Shown: piece by piece, positions 36,456-40,617 of the stretch
Position numbering within the stretch: position 1 is the stretch's first letter
Layout of the letters: the number at the start of each line of letters is the position of its first letter
NCBI GenBank assembly: GCA_016187205.1
Contig: JACPKE010000023.1
Location: 1-40,617 of the forward strand
DNA: 40,617 nucleotides
Origin: Candidatus Brennerbacteria bacterium
GTDB taxonomy: Bacteria; Patescibacteriota; Minisyncoccia; UBA6257; JACPKE01
Direction of reading: 5' to 3'
Made by a program: the position numbers and the translations under genes
The notes under the pieces: model-generated
What the model was told of the DNA's origin: nothing
Database searches by the model: none
What the model saw: only the letters and a program-made list of their open reading frames with translations

Positions 36456-37511
36456 TTACAAAACCATTTTAACAATATTTGCTATTTTGTCCGGATCATG
36501 CCTGATCATGCCTTTTGACCGCAAAAGGTCGGCTGTAATAACAGTCGGCCGGTTCGCAAAATTCTCCCTGTCAAACTGAACCAGTTCGGCTTTTTCCTGC
36601 ACATAATTTTTCATCCGGCTCCAGCCGGGTTTTTTATTATTTATTACTACGAAATCCAAAATTCCCTTCCCTAAATACCGCTCCAAAGTTTTTAAAAAAT
36701 CAGAAGCGCTAAAACCATGAGTTTCACCATATTTAGTCATCACATTAACGAAATAAATTTTTTTGGCGCGGCTCTTTTTCAAAATTTCGTTCATTCCTTT
36801 GACCAAAAAATTAGGAATTAAACTGGTGTAAAGATCTCCGGGCCCGATTAAAACCGCATCGGCTTTTAAAATAGCGGCGGACACTTCGGGGTTTATAACA
36901 GCCTGCGGTTTTAACCAGATTTTTTTAATACTGGAACCGATATCATATTTTGGAATGTCAATATTTGTTTCTCCCCGGACTATTTTGCCGTTATCCAGTT
37001 CAGCGTACAGCCTCGCGTTTTTCAAAGTTACCGGAAGCACCTGTCCCTGCACGGCAAGAATTCTGCCCGCTTCTTTAACCGCCAGATCAAAACTGCCGGT
37101 TAGCCGCTCCAAAGCCGTAAGCATTAAATTTCCGAAACTGTGGCCGTTAAGCCCGGCTCCTTCTTCAAACCGATAATTAAAAAGGCGGGCTAAAATCTCA
37201 TTGTCGGTGCGCGCCAAAGCAACAAGCGAACGCCTAACATCGCCCGGCGGCAAAATGCCGAATTCCTCGCGTAAAATTCCGGTTGAACCGCCGTCATCGG
37301 ACATCGTAACCACGGCGGTTAAATCGCTAAAATACTTGCGAAGTCCGGTTAAAACGGTAAAAACGCCGGTGCCGCCGCCGATAACAACGATTTTTTTCTG
37401 GGGATAAGGTTTTGACAACGATTTCAGTATAACCCAATGACCTGATTTTAAAAAGCCTCGCTTGCGGGACTTTTTAATAACTGAACAAATTAAACGCAAG
37501 GCTTGCGACAA
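36456..37511 (-). CDS. yvcK: YvcK/CofD-like (gluconeogenesis factor) protein; start uncertain
   Basis: IGGGTG, DDGGSTG, PPGD.R, GHSFGNL, GPGDLYTS, RHD. Confidence 0.88.
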   Translation of the reverse strand: MSQALRLICSVIKKSRKRGFLKSGHWVILKSLSKPYPQKKIVVIGGGTGVFTVLTGLRKYFSDLTAVVTMSDDGGSTGILREEFGILPPGDVRRSLVALARTDNEILARLFNYRFEEGAGLNGHSFGNLMLTALERLTGSFDLAVKEAGRILAVQGQVLPVTLKNARLYAELDNGKIVRGETNIDIPKYDIGSSIKKIWLKPQAVINPEVSAAILKADAVLIGPGDLYTSLIPNFLVKGMNEILKKSRAKKIYFVNVMTKYGETHGFSASDFLKTLERYLGKGILDFVVINNKKPGWSRMKNYVQEKAELVQFDRENFANRPTVITADLLRSKGMIRHDPDKIANIVKMVL

Positions 37512-37578
37512 GGATAAAGATTATAAGTCCGACGATTATTTTTGAAAATGACATGGCAAATAAAATTTAAATTAATTT

Positions 37579-38937
37579 TTAATTATAAAACAACGACGGT
37601 GTAAGCGGTTTTAAAACAGCCGAAAATTGGCGCAAATGTTTCGGCGCTTGAACAATTGTAAAGCCGCGCAGATTTTTTCTTTGTTTCCAAATTCTCAAAC
37701 CGGCTTCCAGAACGGATTCTATATGGGATTTTGTATAAACTCGGCGGGGAATTGCCAAACGCACCAGTTCTAAAGGCTCGTTCATTCCCCTGGTCAGACT
37801 GCCGGCCATCTCCGAACACCTCATTCCGGCTTCGGCATAAAAAGCTACAATTAAAGTTTGGGCCGGAAAATTATTTTTTTTAACATGCGCCAAGGTTTTC
37901 GCCGCGTCAATATAAACCGCGTGCCCGCCCGGAGGATTAACCAATGAAAAACCGATTTTTGCCAACCCGCTGTGAAGATAAGCTACCTGCGAAACGCGAT
38001 AATCCAAATAATCTTCATGGGCTGTTTCTTCAAAACCCCGAATCGCCGATTCCATGGTTTTGCCGGACATGCCGCCGGAAGTCGGATAACCTTCGTAAAA
38101 ATTAGCCAGCCTTCTTAAATTAGCCGCGATACTTTTATTATTGGTTGACAAAAATCCGCCGGCATCCGAAAGTCCGTCTTTTTTCGCGCTCATATAAACC
38201 ACATCGGCCAAACCGCAAAGTTTTTTAATGATCTCCTGAACACTGAAACGTTCAAATCCTTTTTCCAATTTCTTTATAAAAAAACCATTTTCCGATATGC
38301 GGCAAGCATCAAGAATCAACGGAATATTGCGGCTAGCCGCCAATTTGGAAGCCGCAAAAACATTTTCGTAAGAAACCGGCTGGCCGCCGTTGGTATTATT
38401 TGTCAAAGTAAGCACAATGGCTTTAACAGATGAATTATTTTGCCGTAAAAATTTTTCGGCTTTTTTCAAATCAAGATTCCCTTTAAATTTTTTCCAGGAA
38501 GAAAGTTCTCCCTGAACTAAAAAATCAAGGCAATTGGCGCCGGCTGATTCAAAATTGCCGCGCGTAGTGTCGTAAAGAGTATTGGATAAAATAAAATCTC
38601 CGGGCGAGCTTACCAGAACTTCAGCCAGCAGTTTTTCCGCGCCTCTTGCCTGATGAACCGGAATAATTTCTTTTTTACCGCTTAATTTTTGAATCGCTTT
38701 TTTAAAACGGAGCCAGCTTTCTGATTCACTGTAAGCCTCGTCGCCCATTCCGGAAGCCGCCAGCTGATATTTGCTTAAAGCGCCGGTGCCGGAATCAGTT
38801 AAAAAATCAAACGCGATTTTATCTCCGGGCACTTTAAAAATATTATAACCGGCCTCGGCTAAAACTTTCAGCCGCTGCCTGCGGGTTAAAAAAACTATCG
38901 GTTCAATGGTTTTAATCCTAAACGGTTCTGTGAACAT
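37579..38937 (-). CDS. tnaA: Tryptophanase / tyrosine phenol-lyase family PLP enzyme
   Basis: EPFRIK, DFLTDSGT, GDEAY, GGQPVS, MSAKKD, RLAIPRRVYT. Confidence 0.85.
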   Translation of the reverse strand: MFTEPFRIKTIEPIVFLTRRQRLKVLAEAGYNIFKVPGDKIAFDFLTDSGTGALSKYQLAASGMGDEAYSESESWLRFKKAIQKLSGKKEIIPVHQARGAEKLLAEVLVSSPGDFILSNTLYDTTRGNFESAGANCLDFLVQGELSSWKKFKGNLDLKKAEKFLRQNNSSVKAIVLTLTNNTNGGQPVSYENVFAASKLAASRNIPLILDACRISENGFFIKKLEKGFERFSVQEIIKKLCGLADVVYMSAKKDGLSDAGGFLSTNNKSIAANLRRLANFYEGYPTSGGMSGKTMESAIRGFEETAHEDYLDYRVSQVAYLHSGLAKIGFSLVNPPGGHAVYIDAAKTLAHVKKNNFPAQTLIVAFYAEAGMRCSEMAGSLTRGMNEPLELVRLAIPRRVYTKSHIESVLEAGLRIWKQRKNLRGFTIVQAPKHLRQFSAVLKPLTPSLFYN

Positions 38938-38938
38938 T

Positions 38939-39071
38939 CCCAGTAGTAGAAACTCGATAATTTTAATTATTATTCATCAACCTTTGATTAATCATTTTTT
39001 ATTAAACCAGAAGTGTTTTTTCTTTAAACTCTCTCCGACTTTGTCGGAGGAATCAAGTTTTCACTACTGGA
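38939..39071. mobile_element. 133-bp MITE, TSD CATT, at the tnaA start codon
   Basis: CATT|CCCAGTAGTAGAAACTCGAT ... ATCAAGTTTTCACTACTGGA|CATT; homologous to 35597-35728. Confidence 0.85.
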
Positions 39072-39114
39072 CATTATTTAATTAAACCAAAATAAATTTA
39101 TTTCAGCGGAGAAT

Positions 39115-39275
39115 TTATTATTCACCTGCAAGAATACCCGCCCGCTTGCGGGCGGGATGAATTGCGGTATGTGAATAATAAACCCCCCGCTTTTTGATCA
39201 AAAAGCGGGGGTGAATAACCGCAAGACCACAGAGCGGTTTTGGATACCGCACCACTCTGTGGTGCGGTTATTCAT
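39115..39275. repeat. Cluster of nested REP-like palindromes
   Basis: CCCGCCCGCTTGCGGGCGGG; CCCCCGCTTTTTGATCAAAAAGCGGGGG; TGAATAACCGCA..TGCGGTTATTCA. Confidence 0.7.
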
Positions 39276-39285
39276 TTTTATAATC

Positions 39286-39567
39286 TCAAATGCGTTTCTT
39301 GATTTGAGCATAAACCGTTGCTCGATGTTGAATAATAAGAATTTTTACTATATTTTTATCAATTTTATAAATAATGCGATAATCACCTGCGCGAAATTTG
39401 CGGTATCCTTTAAGCGAACGCCTCAACGGCTTGCCATATAAATCAGGTCGAACCATCAAACGGCTTTCAATCAAAAGACGAACTCTTTCTTTCCATTCAC
39501 CGGAAAGCTTGGGAATATCATCGCGAACAACACGATAATGATAGACAACATCAAACATTAGTCCCAA
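39286..39567 (-). CDS. RelE/ParE-family toxin
   Basis: P..YGKPLR.SLKGYRKFR.GDYRIIY, I.HR..VY. Confidence 0.9.
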   Translation of the reverse strand: MGLMFDVVYHYRVVRDDIPKLSGEWKERVRLLIESRLMVRPDLYGKPLRRSLKGYRKFRAGDYRIIYKIDKNIVKILIIQHRATVYAQIKKRI

Positions 39568-39779
39568 GCTTTTTTATGCGAAAGATAACGCGCGTTCTTG
39601 GTATCCCGCTCCCCAGCGATAACGTCCCATACCTGCTCTTCTTCTATTTCAAGAGCTATTTCAAGAAGACGCGCCGCTTTTGTCGCCTGAGGAATGCGAT
39701 CGCGGCGAGCCAACCTGGCAAGTTTTTCTTTTATATTATCCGACAAACTAATATTAATTCTTGTTTTAATTGTAGGCAT
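39558..39779 (-). CDS. Ribbon-helix-helix antitoxin
   Basis: RINISL....L..LA, SH..AW C-terminus; coupled to RelE. Confidence 0.75.
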   Translation of the reverse strand: MPTIKTRINISLSDNIKEKLARLARRDRIPQATKAARLLEIALEIEEEQVWDVIAGERDTKNARYLSHKKAWD

Positions 39780-39809
39780 ATTATAAATGTATCAAAAGTG
39801 TATCATATG

Positions 39810-40617
39810 TCAAACCTTCCTTATTCCAAACCAAACCGGCCAATCGTCAATTCTGGAATTTATTTCAGCGGAGAATTTGCCTGTTTTTTTAAATTCAACT
39901 GTCCTGGCGCCTACCCCTTGCTTAAGCGATAAATCAACGTTCATTAAAATTTTTTCCAAAATATCCGGCGCCTGAACCATTAAAATGATCCGGTCTTTCT
40001 GCTTCAGTCCGGCATCCTGGCGCAAATCCTGGATCATCCTGATTGTTTCCCGCACAATCCCTTCAGCTTTTAATTCTGGCGTAATATTAACATCAAGTTC
40101 AATTTCATCTTTTATTTCAGAATCAAAAATTATTTTTTTAACATTAATTTCATCGCTTAAAATTTTTAATAATTCCTTACTAACTTTAAACTTTTGACTT
40201 TTTACTTTTAACTTTTGAAGCGGTTGCCTGACTTTAATACCGGCTTCCGCTCTTTTAGCCAAAGCCAAACTGGCTAACCGTCGTATTTCTTTCATTAAAT
40301 CCAGCAATTCATTGTCAATCATCTTCTTATCCGCTTTAGGCCAATTCTCAAAGTGAACTGACGACTTATGACTGACAACTAATGACTTATATAATGCTTC
40401 GCTGAAAAATGGAGTTAAAGGGGCAATGAGCTTGCTGATTTCAAAAAGCAGAAAACCGAAAACAGCGGAGGCATTTTCAAAATCTTTTTTGCTTTCCGAA
40501 TGCTGGAACCTCCGCCTCGACCGCCTGATATACCAGCGTGAAAGATCTTCCGCCAAAGCCGCTATTGATTTGGCCGCGGCCCCTATATCGTATTTTTCAA
40601 AATTACCGGTCGCCTCA
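39810..40617 (-). CDS. ileS: Isoleucyl-tRNA synthetase, C-terminal part (truncated by window edge)
   Basis: LSRWYIRRSRRRF, AP.TPF.SE, SVH...WP, KVRQPL, E.NVK, EG..RE.IR.IQ..R. Confidence 0.92.
   Translation of the reverse strand, partial: EATGNFEKYDIGAAAKSIAALAEDLSRWYIRRSRRRFQHSESKKDFENASAVFGFLLFEISKLIAPLTPFFSEALYKSLVVSHKSSVHFENWPKADKKMIDNELLDLMKEIRRLASLALAKRAEAGIKVRQPLQKLKVKSQKFKVSKELLKILSDEINVKKIIFDSEIKDEIELDVNITPELKAEGIVRETIRMIQDLRQDAGLKQKDRIILMVQAPDILEKILMNVDLSLKQGVGARTVEFKKTGKFSAEINSRIDDWPVWFGIRKV

Overview
A 40.6 kb AT-rich chromosomal segment. Gene content and repeat style suggest a Patescibacteria/CPR (Parcubacteria-like) bacterium; this is inference. The housekeeping backbone is two HtrA proteases, clpB, a ClpP homolog, an ABC exporter, iscS, a split phosphomannomutase, inositol monophosphatase, ftsK-rodZ-like-recA, glyA, yvcK, a tryptophanase-family lyase and the 3' part of ileS. 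There are also four ordinary tRNA genes (one truncated), six toxin-antitoxin pairs and a disrupted folD. The most striking signal is a set of very small mobile or structured elements. (1) An intact tRNA-Val(GAC) is carried inside a 111-bp palindromic element inserted into the anticodon of another tRNA-Val-like gene, which has a second related insert in its T-arm. (2) A GxxExxY nuclease gene is bounded by inverted repeats, and an empty copy of the same two ends lies at 4950-5027. (3) Two copies of a 132/133-bp MITE each duplicate a start codon (glyA, tnaA). (4) A 2-bp-TSD MITE family includes a nested copy and a copy in folD. (5) Palindromes and heptamer repeats are inserted in frame in enzymes. 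Two adjacent transcription units (about 12990-15130) hold a roughly 450-nt highly structured RNA, start-stop or 4-5-codon mini-ORFs behind strong SD sequences, and tiny Zn-ribbon proteins. A beta-barrel-like secreted protein, a metallothionein-like peptide and a 783-aa Cys-repeat surface protein are also present. All calls come from reading the sequence by eye; no searches were run.
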